Notes: generated by a model not told the origin, from the sequence alone. A stretch of 34,982 bases of DNA from Tepidimicrobium sp. (GCA_012839395.1 DUNJ01000189.1:1-34982); one strand, 5' to 3'. Shown: positions 25,763 to 34,870, numbered from the stretch's first letter. Numbers and translations are program-made.

Positions 25763-26791
25763 TCAGTTATCCCCCTCAACCATTACGGCATTTTCCAATA
25801 TATCATCCGGTAATGTAATTCCCAAGCTATTGACCATGTCCTCATTTATGGTAAGTTCTGTTTCTTCAGTTCCCACTACAGGCATATCCTTAATTTTATT
25901 GCCTTCCAATATCTCAATAGCCATAAGACCTGTTTGATACCCAAGCTTATAGTAATCCAATCCTTCACACGCAAGGGCACCACCTTTGACCATTGGTTCA
26001 TCCACCCCAATAGCGCCTATATTATTGTCCAAGCTAACCTTTCTGATTATAGACATGCTAGATGCTATTAAGTTATCCGATGGAAGGAATAAAAAGTCTA
26101 CATCTTGTACCTTTGCACTAAGGGCTGGCTCCAATTCCGAAGAATTGGTTATTGGAATCTCCACTATCTCTAGCCCAACGCCTCTAGCGGCCTCCTTTGC
26201 CAATTCAACCTGAACCTGGGAATTGGTTTCACTCGTATTATATGGAACTCCTACTTTCTTGGAACCAGGAAATATAGTCTTGCCTAACTCCAGTTGAGGT
26301 TCTATAGGAACCATGTCCGTAGTTCCTGTTATGTTACCCTCTGGCGAATCCATATTCTTTACCAAGCCCGCCGATACGGGATCCGTCACCGCAGTAAACA
26401 ATATAGGTATTTCCTCTGTAGATTGCAATGCCGACTGGGCCGATGGGGTAGATATGGCGAGGATTAAATCCTTATTTTGCGAAACAAAGTTCTCAGCTAT
26501 TGTTGCAGTTAAGGCTATATCTCCCTGGGCATATTGGGTGTCAATGTCTATATTAACACCATCTTCATAGCCCTTTTCCTTTAGTGCATCGATAAAACCA
26601 TCCCGTGCAAGGTCTAATACTGGATTCTCTATAATTTGACTTATTCCTATTGAAATTACTTCCTGAGAATTTTTCTGAGATGTTGTCGTTTCATCACTAG
26701 CAGAACAGCCCACTAACGATAAGATAATTAAAGAAAACAAAATTAAGCCTAAGCATTTACTTAGACTGGTAAGATGTTTTTTCCCTACCAT
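25763..26791 (-). CDS. ABC transporter substrate-binding lipoprotein (ABC_sub_bind / COG2984 family)
   Basis: The signal peptide carries the lipobox LVG|C. The mature protein shows family-typical stretches: ISIGISQIIENPVLDLARDGFIDALKEKGY and LILAISTPSAQSAL. Confidence 0.88.
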   Translation of the reverse strand: MVGKKHLTSLSKCLGLILFSLIILSLVGCSASDETTTSQKNSQEVISIGISQIIENPVLDLARDGFIDALKEKGYEDGVNIDIDTQYAQGDIALTATIAENFVSQNKDLILAISTPSAQSALQSTEEIPILFTAVTDPVSAGLVKNMDSPEGNITGTTDMVPIEPQLELGKTIFPGSKKVGVPYNTSETNSQVQVELAKEAARGVGLEIVEIPITNSSELEPALSAKVQDVDFLFLPSDNLIASSMSIIRKVSLDNNIGAIGVDEPMVKGGALACEGLDYYKLGYQTGLMAIEILEGNKIKDMPVVGTEETELTINEDMVNSLGITLPDDILENAVMVEGDN

Positions 26792-26792
26792 G

Positions 26793-26893
26793 CTACCATC
26801 CTCCTAAAAATTATTTGATTGTAGTATTAAAATTTACCAACCTACCTATCTACCCTTGCCTTTCGGCAGCTACCATAAAAAATATATACTACC
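26793..26893 (-). promoter_or_regulatory. GGUAG-repeat leader of the ABC operon (candidate RNA-protein recognition element)
   Basis: Plus-strand CTACC occurs at 26793, 26842, 26850, 26870 and 26889, which reads GGUAG on the transcribed strand. Three of the copies read AUGGUAG. The last copy lies between the SD and the AUG. Confidence 0.4.
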
Positions 26894-26922
26894 ATTATAG
26901 TAATATAATATATAACTGTCAA
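26894..26922 (-). promoter_or_regulatory. Consensus sigmaA promoter of the ABC operon
   Basis: The minus strand reads TTGACA-N17-TATAAT, a perfect match to both hexamers. Confidence 0.65.
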
Positions 26923-26964
26923 TACTTTTATAATCATTGCCAATCATTTCCCTTATGCTAGGCC

Positions 26965-27387
26965 TTACACCTCATCCCTAGGAATGGATCTATGTCCCAC
27001 AGCTATGGCTAAATCGTTCAGATGTAGCAGCCCTATGCTTATAAATAAGCATACTACTATATGCTCTCCTGACCTTGCAATTCCAAGCTTGCCACCAAAA
27101 TTTAAACCTAGCGCTTTCTGATTAACCTGACTAATCGCATCTTTTGCCGCCCCTGCCACTGCTCCTTCATAAACATGAGCATCTCTTATGACTCCTGTTT
27201 TCTTAGAAGCCACTAAGGCTCTTTCGATTATCTTGGGTATAGAATTGATTAAATCTCCGCCTATGTCCACAGCTGCACCTAAAATACCTTTTTCCTTAAA
27301 ATCATCTATTATATCACCTTCCTCCCCTCTGGTAGATATAGCTAATCTGATAGCCGCCTTAGCTACTTCTGTACTATTATTGTTCAT
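26965..27387 (-). CDS. HutP-family protein (RNA-binding antiterminator family)
   Basis: The ORF aligns by eye to B. subtilis HutP: ALVASKKTGVIRDAHVYEGA versus IETASKKSGVIQSEGYRESHA, with a C-terminal ..IAVGHRSI versus ..FGVGINHI. The start at MNNNS (27387) has a GGGAGG RBS and gives a 140-aa product with HutP-like spacing. The track start at 27456 is a TTG without an RBS. Confidence 0.68.
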   Translation of the reverse strand: MNNNSTEVAKAAIRLAISTRGEEGDIIDDFKEKGILGAAVDIGGDLINSIPKIIERALVASKKTGVIRDAHVYEGAVAGAAKDAISQVNQKALGLNFGGKLGIARSGEHIVVCLFISIGLLHLNDLAIAVGHRSIPRDEV

Positions 27388-27449
27388 ATCTATCGCCTCC
27401 CACATTGAATACATTGGACATTCAATATATACCCCTATCTTTTCCATTG

Positions 27450-27992
27450 TTACCAACTAGGTGGTGTCATAGCCCAGATTGATATACTCTCCTCATCATT
27501 GTAGCTTTCGTATATATGAGGCTTAGAACTATCAAAGTATATACTATCACCTTCATGTAGAATATATCTTTTCCCCCCAATAACTACAGCCATGCTCCCT
27601 TTTATAACATAGCCGCATTCTTCGCCTTCATGGGATATGGCACTCCCCTTAGTTTTAGTCCCACCTTTTAATGTTATCAATACAAATTGAATTTTTCTAC
27701 CATCAATGGGAGTTAAAAGCTCATATATCCTGGATTCATCATTGGTTACAATAGTGTGTCTTTCATCCTTCCTTACAATAGCTGATAAATCCTTTTCCCT
27801 GTCAAAAAAATATCCCATGGTAACGTCAAGGGCCTCCACTATTTTCAACATTGCATTGATGGAAGGCACTACTTTGTTTCTCTCTACCTGACTAATAAGC
27901 CCAGTGCTCAGGCCTGATTTATCTGCCAATTGTCTAATGCTCATCTTTTTTGATTTTCTTAGTTTTCTTATTTCCGATCCTACGCTAAACAT
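27450..27992 (-). CDS. XRE-family HTH regulator with a C-terminal cupin domain
   Basis: The N-terminus has an HTH_3 motif (IRKLRKSKKMSIRQLADKSGLSTGLISQVERNK). The C-terminal cupin region contains HEGEECGYVIKG...GDSIYFDSSKPH. Confidence 0.88.
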   Translation of the reverse strand: MFSVGSEIRKLRKSKKMSIRQLADKSGLSTGLISQVERNKVVPSINAMLKIVEALDVTMGYFFDREKDLSAIVRKDERHTIVTNDESRIYELLTPIDGRKIQFVLITLKGGTKTKGSAISHEGEECGYVIKGSMAVVIGGKRYILHEGDSIYFDSSKPHIYESYNDEESISIWAMTPPSW

Positions 27993-28096
27993 GATAAACC
28001 CCCAACATTTATTTGTTTTATATTATATCATCTTAATTATCATCTTCAAAACTATGTGCTAAATTACGTTCAATATCGTGAACTGTTTTTAGTATA

Positions 28097-28125
28097 TTGA
28101 CATATAACGTTTGCCATTATATAAT
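28097..28125 (+). promoter_or_regulatory. Consensus sigmaA promoter of the DUF819-dipeptidase operon
   Basis: TTGACA (28097-28102), a 17-nt spacer and TATAAT (28120-28125). Confidence 0.6.
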
Positions 28126-28175
28126 ATTATTATAAAATAATAAATTTTCTAACATTTCGCTGAAGGAGGATGTTT

Positions 28176-29387
28176 ATGACAAGTTTAATTAAGCCAGATC
28201 AAACCTGGATGTTGTGGGCTTTTTTAACTGGATGGGCTGCAGTAAGCATTCATTTGGAACAAAAGTATGAATGGGCTTCAAAAGTTACTAGTTCGGTCAT
28301 TGCATTAACTGGAGCTTTAATTTTGTCTAATCTGCGTATCATACCTACAGAATCCCCCGTCTATGATAGTGTGTGGACATATGTAATCCCTATAGCCATT
28401 CCACTACTTCTTTTTGAGTGCAATATTAAGAAAATATGGAGAGAAAGTGGAAGATTATTAATCGTATTTATGATTGGAGCGGTTGGAACTTTTCTAGGAG
28501 CACTTGTCGGGTTCTTTGCATTGCATAAATTTATTCCCGATTTAGGATATGTAGCAACCATAATGACAGGTTCCTATATAGGTGGTGGAGTTAATTTTGT
28601 TGCTTTAGCCGATGCCTTTAACGCTCCAAGCGAAATAGTCGCTGCTACAACAATTGCTGATAATCTATTAATGGCCTTATATTTCTTTGTTTTACTTTCT
28701 ATACCATCAATAACTTTTTTCAGGAAACATTTCAATCACCCCTTAATCGATGAAATTGAAGCGGCAGAGTCAAGCCCTAGTAATGAAGAAATCCCTGGTT
28801 CTTCAAATGGATGGAAAACTAGCGAAGTTACTTTTAAGGATATTGCTTTTGCCTTCGCGAGCTCGGTCATCATTGTAACAGTATCCATAGAAATTGCAGA
28901 CCTTTTCGCAAAAATAATCCCAACAGGCAACCCCATTCTTGCAGCGCTTAATTCATTGCTCGGAAACATGTACTTAATACTTACTACAGTAACGATGCTT
29001 TTGGCAACATATAAAGCCGATTTCTTTTCTTCTATAAAAGGTGCACAGGAAATAGGTATGTTCCTAATGATTATATTTATGGTTGTAATAGGAACTCCAG
29101 CTTCCATACCCGCAATTATTAAAACAGCACCATTGCTCCTAGTATTCTGTGCCATTGTAGTTGCTGTAAATATGCTTATATTATTTGCTGGTGCTAAAAT
29201 ATTCAATTTCAATCTAGAGGAAGCTATTATTGCCTCTAATGCCAATATAGGCGGGCCTGCAACAGCGCCTGCAATGGCCATTGCTAAAGGTTGGACATCT
29301 CTAGTAGGACCATCGGTATTGGTAGCAGTATTTGGTTATGTTGTTGGAAATTATTTTGGAATTATTATTGGTAATATTCTACTTTAA
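28176..29387 (+). CDS. DUF819 family integral membrane protein (putative transporter)
   Basis: About 11 TM helices are present. The N-terminus is DUF819-like (WMLWAFLTGWAAVSIHLEQKYEWASKV), and GSYIGGGVNFVA is present. The ATG at 28176 lies 6 nt after GAAGGAGG. Confidence 0.78.
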   Translation: MTSLIKPDQTWMLWAFLTGWAAVSIHLEQKYEWASKVTSSVIALTGALILSNLRIIPTESPVYDSVWTYVIPIAIPLLLFECNIKKIWRESGRLLIVFMIGAVGTFLGALVGFFALHKFIPDLGYVATIMTGSYIGGGVNFVALADAFNAPSEIVAATTIADNLLMALYFFVLLSIPSITFFRKHFNHPLIDEIEAAESSPSNEEIPGSSNGWKTSEVTFKDIAFAFASSVIIVTVSIEIADLFAKIIPTGNPILAALNSLLGNMYLILTTVTMLLATYKADFFSSIKGAQEIGMFLMIIFMVVIGTPASIPAIIKTAPLLLVFCAIVVAVNMLILFAGAKIFNFNLEEAIIASNANIGGPATAPAMAIAKGWTSLVGPSVLVAVFGYVVGNYFGIIIGNILL

Positions 29388-29425
29388 TTATTTAATCAAT
29401 ATGCGCCTTTTAGGAAGGGGTAATC

Positions 29426-30400
29426 ATGATATTCAATGGACATTCCGACATATTATCGGATATCAATATACGCAGATTAAATGGAGAAAAGAATGTCTTT
29501 AGGAATCACTACTATGAAGATTTCCTAAAATCAGGAGTTACCGGGGTTATATTGGTAATTTGGACCGATTTAGAATACTTGAATAATCCTAAAAAACGAA
29601 CTATGCAAATCATTCAATCGATGCAAGATGAATTCTCTGAGGCAGCAGATATATTGAATATTGTTACCGAATATCAAGACCTTTATAAAGGAAATAAAGA
29701 TGACAAAATAAATGTTTTAATAGGCATGGAAGGTTTAGCTCACATAGGGAGTAATATATCTTTAATAGAAAAATACTATAATGATATTGGTTTAAGACAT
29801 GTCTCCTTAACATGGAACGAAAAAAATCTACTAGCTGCTGGGGTAAACGGAGAAGGGGGAATAACCAATCTTGGAAAAAAGGCAATAGCAAAAATAGAAG
29901 AATTAGGAATTCTCTTAGATGTTTCTCATTTAAATGAACAATCCTTTTGGGATGTTACGACAATAGCCTCCGGTCCTATTATCGCTTCTCATTCTAATGC
30001 TAAAAAACTTGCCAAAGTTAAAAGAAATCTGGATGATGAACAATTATTAGCAATTGCTGAAAGTGGCGGGCTAGTAGGCGTAAATGCAATAGGTGAATTT
30101 GTGAGTGATGATAAGAAAAAACGAAATATCGATACCTTAATCGATCATATTGATCATATGAAAAATTTAATAGGTATAGAGCATATAGGCTTCGGTTTTG
30201 ACTTCTGTGACTTTTTACCCAAACATACTATTGGCCTACCGGATACGACAACCGAATCTATTGCTATAAAGAATTTGGTGTCGGAGGCTGATATCCCTAA
30301 TCTAATTGATAAGATGAAATGTAGGGGATATAGCAAAGAAGAAATAGAATTAATTGCCTATAAAAACTATTACAACTTATTAAAAAAAGTTCTTAAATAA
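29426..30400 (+). CDS. Membrane-dipeptidase family (peptidase M19) dipeptidase
   Basis: The protein has an N-terminal NGHSD metal-ligand motif, SLTWNEKN, LDVSHL and IASHSNA motifs, and a C-terminal GFGFDFCDF motif. Confidence 0.88.
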   Translation: MIFNGHSDILSDINIRRLNGEKNVFRNHYYEDFLKSGVTGVILVIWTDLEYLNNPKKRTMQIIQSMQDEFSEAADILNIVTEYQDLYKGNKDDKINVLIGMEGLAHIGSNISLIEKYYNDIGLRHVSLTWNEKNLLAAGVNGEGGITNLGKKAIAKIEELGILLDVSHLNEQSFWDVTTIASGPIIASHSNAKKLAKVKRNLDDEQLLAIAESGGLVGVNAIGEFVSDDKKKRNIDTLIDHIDHMKNLIGIEHIGFGFDFCDFLPKHTIGLPDTTTESIAIKNLVSEADIPNLIDKMKCRGYSKEEIELIAYKNYYNLLKKVLK

Positions 30401-30411
30401 CATTTTTCAAA

Positions 30412-30452
30412 CCGGGATAACCCTTTGGGTTTATCTCGGCTTTATTTTTTTT
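30412..30452 (+). terminator. Intrinsic terminator after the dipeptidase gene
   Basis: An imperfect stem, CCGGGATAACCC-TTT-GGGTTTATCTCGG, is followed by CTTTATTTTTTTT. Confidence 0.7.
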
Positions 30453-30605
30453 ATAAGTTTATGGATATAACAAGCCCTATCTTCCTATAAAATCACAATA
30501 TAATTTTCCCCAAATCATCTAAATATGGGGTATAATATATTAACTGCCTTTTTAAGAAGTAATATATGAACTAAGCTATTTCTTAAATTTATATTCTAAT
30601 AGAAG

Positions 30606-30636
30606 GGTCCGAAAATCCAGCTTTCCGATCTTTTTT
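30606..30636 (+). terminator. Terminator-like hairpin A in the ORF-free region upstream of ddl
   Basis: The hairpin GGTCCGAAA-ATCCAGC-TTTCCGATC forms 8 of 9 pairs (one G-U pair, one C-C mismatch) and is followed by TTTTTT. A TATAAT box at 30531-30536 lies about 75 nt upstream. Confidence 0.4.
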
Positions 30637-30711
30637 ATGAAATGAAATCAATTGTTAAATAACGGAAGTTAAAAATTGATTATATGGAAACGGGCATGGT
30701 ATAATTGAGTC

Positions 30712-30790
30712 CACAATGACCAAGCTCTCTTTTAAAGTGTTTGTTATACGGATCAGCTCTATTAGAAAGGATGGTCATTGTTTTTTATTT
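30712..30790 (+). ncRNA. Candidate small RNA or leader attenuator upstream of ddl-murF
   Basis: The promoter is TTGATT-N18-TATAAT with a TG extension (30676-30705). Immediately after it a perfect 10-bp closing stem, ACAATGACCA (30713-30722) / TGGTCATTGT (30772-30781), is followed by TTTTTATTTT. About 95 nt separate this element from the ddl ATG. Confidence 0.35.
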
Positions 30791-30884
30791 TAAAAGATTT
30801 TGAGCCCCTTAAACAATACAGGTTCTGATTTATTAAATATATAAAGTAGCTAATACTATCAAATTTTTATAGGAGGTAAACGAT

Positions 30885-31967
30885 ATGAAGACTAATGTTT
30901 ATATACTGTGCGGAGGAGAATCGGTGGAGCATGAGGTATCCTTGAAATCAGCCTCAGCCATAATTAATTCTTTGGACAGAAGCAAATATAATGCTTATCC
31001 AATATATATAACTAAGGAAGGGGTATGGTGTAATTTGGGATTGTGGAATAAAAAGATAGAGGAACCCGAGGAGCTGATTTCAGAATCCTCAGACAGTATA
31101 ATCGGTTCCATGGGAAAATTGCTGACCTGCAATTATAAAGAAGGAGAGAGAAATATAGTCATCCCTGCCCTCCATGGGACAAAAGGCGAGGATGGAACTA
31201 TACAAGGGTTTTTAGAATTGATGAATATCCCCTATGTAGGCAACGAAGTTCTATCCTCTGCGGTCGGAATGGACAAGATCGTAATGCATGATCTATTTGA
31301 AAGACACAATATTCCTCAAACAAAATACATACCTATCAAAATGCATAAATGGATGGAAGATGAGGTGGAAACCTATTCAATGGTTGAAAAAAAGCTCAGC
31401 TATCCTCTTTATGTAAAACCTGCTAACTTAGGCTCCAGTGTTGGTATAAATCGGGTAGAAAATAGGGAAGAATTAGAAGAGGCCTTTAAAGAAGCCTTCC
31501 TATACGATGTTAAAATAGTAGTAGAGGAGGAGGTAATTGCAAGAGAGATGCAGGTCTCAGTAATAGGAAATGATCATCCTAAGGCCTCCCTACCTGGGGA
31601 GTTTATTATGGAGAGGCCTTTTTTCGACTATAATGCCAAATATATAGACAATAAGATAATACCTGTTGTTCCAGCAAGATTGGAGCCTGATGTAATGGAT
31701 GAGGTACGGAAAACCGCCGTAAAAGTTTTTAGGGCCTTAAATTGTTATGGACTTGCTAGGGTGGACATCTTTATTACAGATGACAATCAAATATTTGTAA
31801 ATGAAATAAATACGATGCCCGGTTTTACCCCTCTAAGTATGACCCCAGTCCTTTGGGAAGCTACCGATGGAACTACTTATTCCCAGCTAATTGAGAAACT
31901 TATAGAATTGGGATTTGAAAGATATGAGCAAAAAAAATCCATATTGAGAACGAGGTGTACTAAATGA
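30885..31967 (+). CDS. ddl: D-alanine--D-alanine ligase
   Basis: The 360-aa ATP-grasp protein has GGESVEHEVSLKSA, HGTKGEDGTIQGFLE, YPLYVKPANLGSSVGI and VNEINTMPGFT motifs. A strong AGGAGG RBS is present. Confidence 0.95.
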   Translation: MKTNVYILCGGESVEHEVSLKSASAIINSLDRSKYNAYPIYITKEGVWCNLGLWNKKIEEPEELISESSDSIIGSMGKLLTCNYKEGERNIVIPALHGTKGEDGTIQGFLELMNIPYVGNEVLSSAVGMDKIVMHDLFERHNIPQTKYIPIKMHKWMEDEVETYSMVEKKLSYPLYVKPANLGSSVGINRVENREELEEAFKEAFLYDVKIVVEEEVIAREMQVSVIGNDHPKASLPGEFIMERPFFDYNAKYIDNKIIPVVPARLEPDVMDEVRKTAVKVFRALNCYGLARVDIFITDDNQIFVNEINTMPGFTPLSMTPVLWEATDGTTYSQLIEKLIELGFERYEQKKSILRTRCTK

Positions 31968-33370
31968 TAATACGAAAATTAAAAGATATAGAAAAGATGA
32001 CCCAAGGTTCTCTTTTAAATAAAAAATATGGAGATATATCTATAAAAGGAGTGTCAACAGATACCAGGACCATTAAAAAGGGACAATTGTTTATCCCTCT
32101 AATTGGTGAAAACTTCAACGGCCATAAGTTTATAGATAAGGCTATAGATGGATGCGCTTCAGCTGCGCTATGGGCCAAAGATGAGCCCTTGCCAGATATA
32201 GACTTTCCCTTTATAGCAGTAGATAATACCCTTTTAGCTCTGCAAAGACTAGCTAAAGAATACCGCGAACAGTTGCAAACCAAGGTAATCGGTATAACAG
32301 GTAGTAATGGGAAGACCACCACTAAAGATATTCTAGCAAGCATTTTAAAGACCAAATATAATACTAAAAAAACCATTGGCAATCTAAACAATCATATAGG
32401 TTTGCCCCTTACCTTATTGGATCTAGATGAGGATACTGAAATAGCTGTGGTTGAAATGGGAACATCAAACTTTAAAGAGATATCCCTACTAACCGATATG
32501 GCCAGGCCAAATATTGCCATAATTACAAGTATTGGAGAAGCCCATTTGGAGGATTTTTTAACAAAGGAAAACATTGCAAAAGCTAAATTGGAAATATTAG
32601 AAGGATTGGCTCCTGATGGTCTATTTATATACTTTGGAGATGAGCCCATATTAGAAAACCGGGTAAAGGAAATACAAATTGAACAAAATATATTATCTTA
32701 TGGAATGGGTAAGCATAATGACTATGTTTGTGAATTAGGAAAAATGGATCAAAGTGGCCTATCTTTCACTCTAAAGGCCCCTATTACTTCCAACCTATTC
32801 GTCCCCATATTGGGGAAACACAATATGTACAATGCCGTAGCAGCAATAGCATCAGCTAGACATTTCAATGTACCCATGGAGTCCATACAAGAGGGGCTGT
32901 ACCACATAGATAAAACTGGAATGAGAAATGAGCTTGTATATGCAAAAGGATTTACCATATTGGATGACTCATATAAATCAAATCCGGATAGCGTATTAGC
33001 AGCCCTAGACACCCTTTATAGCATGGATCAATATGACCAAAAAATTGTGGTCCTTGGGGATATGCTGGGGTTGGGCCAAGGTGAAATTGAAATGCATAAG
33101 AATATAGGCATAAGCATAGATCCCAAGGAAATTGAATATATATTCACTATTGGTCCCTTAGCTAAATATATCGGCAAGGCTGCTAAGAAAAATTTTAAAG
33201 AGGATAGAATAATATCCTGTAATAATAAACCTCAATTAATAAAGAGGTTAAAAAAGGTGATCAAGCCCAAATCCATTATACTAGTGAAGGCTTCCAGATC
33301 TCTGGAGCTAGAAGATGTGGTTAATAGATTAAAGAAAGATGTAGTACCGCCAAAAAGCGAGGTTATCTAA
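31964..33370 (+). CDS. murF: UDP-N-acetylmuramoyl-tripeptide--D-alanyl-D-alanine ligase
   Basis: A Mur ligase P-loop (GITGSNGKTTTK) and the DSYKSNPDS motif are present. The start overlaps the ddl stop as ATGA, which suggests translational coupling. Confidence 0.93.
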   Translation: MIIRKLKDIEKMTQGSLLNKKYGDISIKGVSTDTRTIKKGQLFIPLIGENFNGHKFIDKAIDGCASAALWAKDEPLPDIDFPFIAVDNTLLALQRLAKEYREQLQTKVIGITGSNGKTTTKDILASILKTKYNTKKTIGNLNNHIGLPLTLLDLDEDTEIAVVEMGTSNFKEISLLTDMARPNIAIITSIGEAHLEDFLTKENIAKAKLEILEGLAPDGLFIYFGDEPILENRVKEIQIEQNILSYGMGKHNDYVCELGKMDQSGLSFTLKAPITSNLFVPILGKHNMYNAVAAIASARHFNVPMESIQEGLYHIDKTGMRNELVYAKGFTILDDSYKSNPDSVLAALDTLYSMDQYDQKIVVLGDMLGLGQGEIEMHKNIGISIDPKEIEYIFTIGPLAKYIGKAAKKNFKEDRIISCNNKPQLIKRLKKVIKPKSIILVKASRSLELEDVVNRLKKDVVPPKSEVI

Positions 33371-33385
33371 TATTGTTATTTCCCA

Positions 33386-34744
33386 CTATTCTTCTTCCAT
33401 CGGTGCTACCTTTTTATCATATATGTGTTTAAGAAACATAACGCTCAACACTAAGGAAGCCACTTCCGCTATGGGATATGACCACCATATAAGGTTCACA
33501 TTTCCAAGAAGAGATAGCCCATAGGCAGTAGGCAATAGTACCACCAATTGTCTCGAAATAGCCGTAGTAAGGCTCAATAATCCGTTACCGAAAGCCTGAT
33601 ATACAGCGCTTGATACGATGCTAATACCGGCAAATATATAGCTTAAGCTGATTATCCGTAAAGCTGGAACTCCAATATTAAGCATATCCTTGGAGGCATT
33701 GAAAAGCGCTAGTATATTAGCTGGAAACAATTGAATTAAGACCAAACCAAGTGCCATAATGCACAAGGCATATATAAGGCTCAATTTAATAGTCTTGGTA
33801 AGCCGTTCCCTATTCCTCGCCCCATAATTATATGCTATGATTGGAACCATACCATTGTTCAAGCCAAATACTGGCATAAATACAAAGCTTTGTAACTTAA
33901 AATATGCCCCAAAAACGGCAATAGCCGTAGAAGAAAACTTGCTCAGTATGTTGTTTATCCCATAGGTAGTTATAGAAGTTATAGACATCATAATGATGGA
34001 TGGAATTCCTACAGCATATATCTTTTTAATAATTTTAAGCTTCGGTTTAAAACTTCTTATGTTTATTCTAATTTCCCTATTTATCCTAAGATTAAATATG
34101 ATGGCAAGAATAGCAGCTACAATTTGCCCAATAATCGTTGCTATGGCCGCACCTGCCGTCCCCATCCTAGGTACCCCAAAGAGCCCAAAGATTAAAATGG
34201 GATCTAAAATTATATTGATTATAGCCCCAGTACCTTGGGTTATCATAGTATAGAATGTCTTCCCCGTGGATTGTAGCAACCGCTCGAATACGATCTGAAA
34301 AAACTTCCCAATTGATCCTATGCAGATTATAGTTAAATATGAAACCCCATATTTAATAATTTGAACATCCCTGGTTTGAGACACAAAATAGGATCTTGAA
34401 AAGAAAATGCCAAATATTAGAAACACAATATAGCTAATCAATCCTAAAAATATTCCGCTATTAGCTACGGCGTTGGCCTTCTGAAAATCCTTTTCGCCAA
34501 GAGTTCTAGAAAGAAGCGCATTAATTCCTACTCCGGTCCCCACTGCAATAGCGATCATTAAGTTCTGCACAGGAAAAGCTAAAGAAACTGCAGTTAACGC
34601 ATTTTCATCCAGTTGAGCAACAAATATACTATCAACTATGTTATATAGGGCTTGCACTAACATGGATATCATAATAGGTACCGACATATTTATCAAAAGC
34701 TTTTCAACAGGCATAATGCCCATCTTGTTTTCATTTGTTCCCAA
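33386..34744 (-). CDS. MATE family efflux transporter
   Basis: The 452-aa product has 12 TM helices and the MATE N-terminal motif PIMISMLVQALYNIVDSIFVAQL. The TTG start lies 7 nt after GAGGAGG. Confidence 0.9.
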   Translation of the reverse strand: MGTNENKMGIMPVEKLLINMSVPIMISMLVQALYNIVDSIFVAQLDENALTAVSLAFPVQNLMIAIAVGTGVGINALLSRTLGEKDFQKANAVANSGIFLGLISYIVFLIFGIFFSRSYFVSQTRDVQIIKYGVSYLTIICIGSIGKFFQIVFERLLQSTGKTFYTMITQGTGAIINIILDPILIFGLFGVPRMGTAGAAIATIIGQIVAAILAIIFNLRINREIRINIRSFKPKLKIIKKIYAVGIPSIIMMSITSITTYGINNILSKFSSTAIAVFGAYFKLQSFVFMPVFGLNNGMVPIIAYNYGARNRERLTKTIKLSLIYALCIMALGLVLIQLFPANILALFNASKDMLNIGVPALRIISLSYIFAGISIVSSAVYQAFGNGLLSLTTAISRQLVVLLPTAYGLSLLGNVNLIWWSYPIAEVASLVLSVMFLKHIYDKKVAPMEEE

Positions 34745-34870
34745 TGTTTTTCCTCCTCAATCTGTTATAACTAAATTCTGTCCTAAATTCCTATTATATA
34801 CCTTTTAACATAAAAAATAAAGAAAAGGGTTTTTCAGATTGTAATCTCCTTTTATGCTATAATGGTGTTA

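Noticed and set aside
30717-30794. 25-codon ORF (MTKLSFKVFVIRISSIRKDGHCFLF) inside the candidate sRNA upstream of ddl
   Set aside because: It has no Shine-Dalgarno sequence and would have to be leaderless. The peptide is not clearly hydrophobic like a type I toxin, and the ORF ends within the terminator U-tract. It remains only an alternative reading of the RNA element.
33371-33385. Only 15 bp separate the convergent murF and MATE stop codons, with no hairpin
   Set aside because: Termination signals may lie inside the opposing coding regions. Nothing further can be concluded from the sequence alone.
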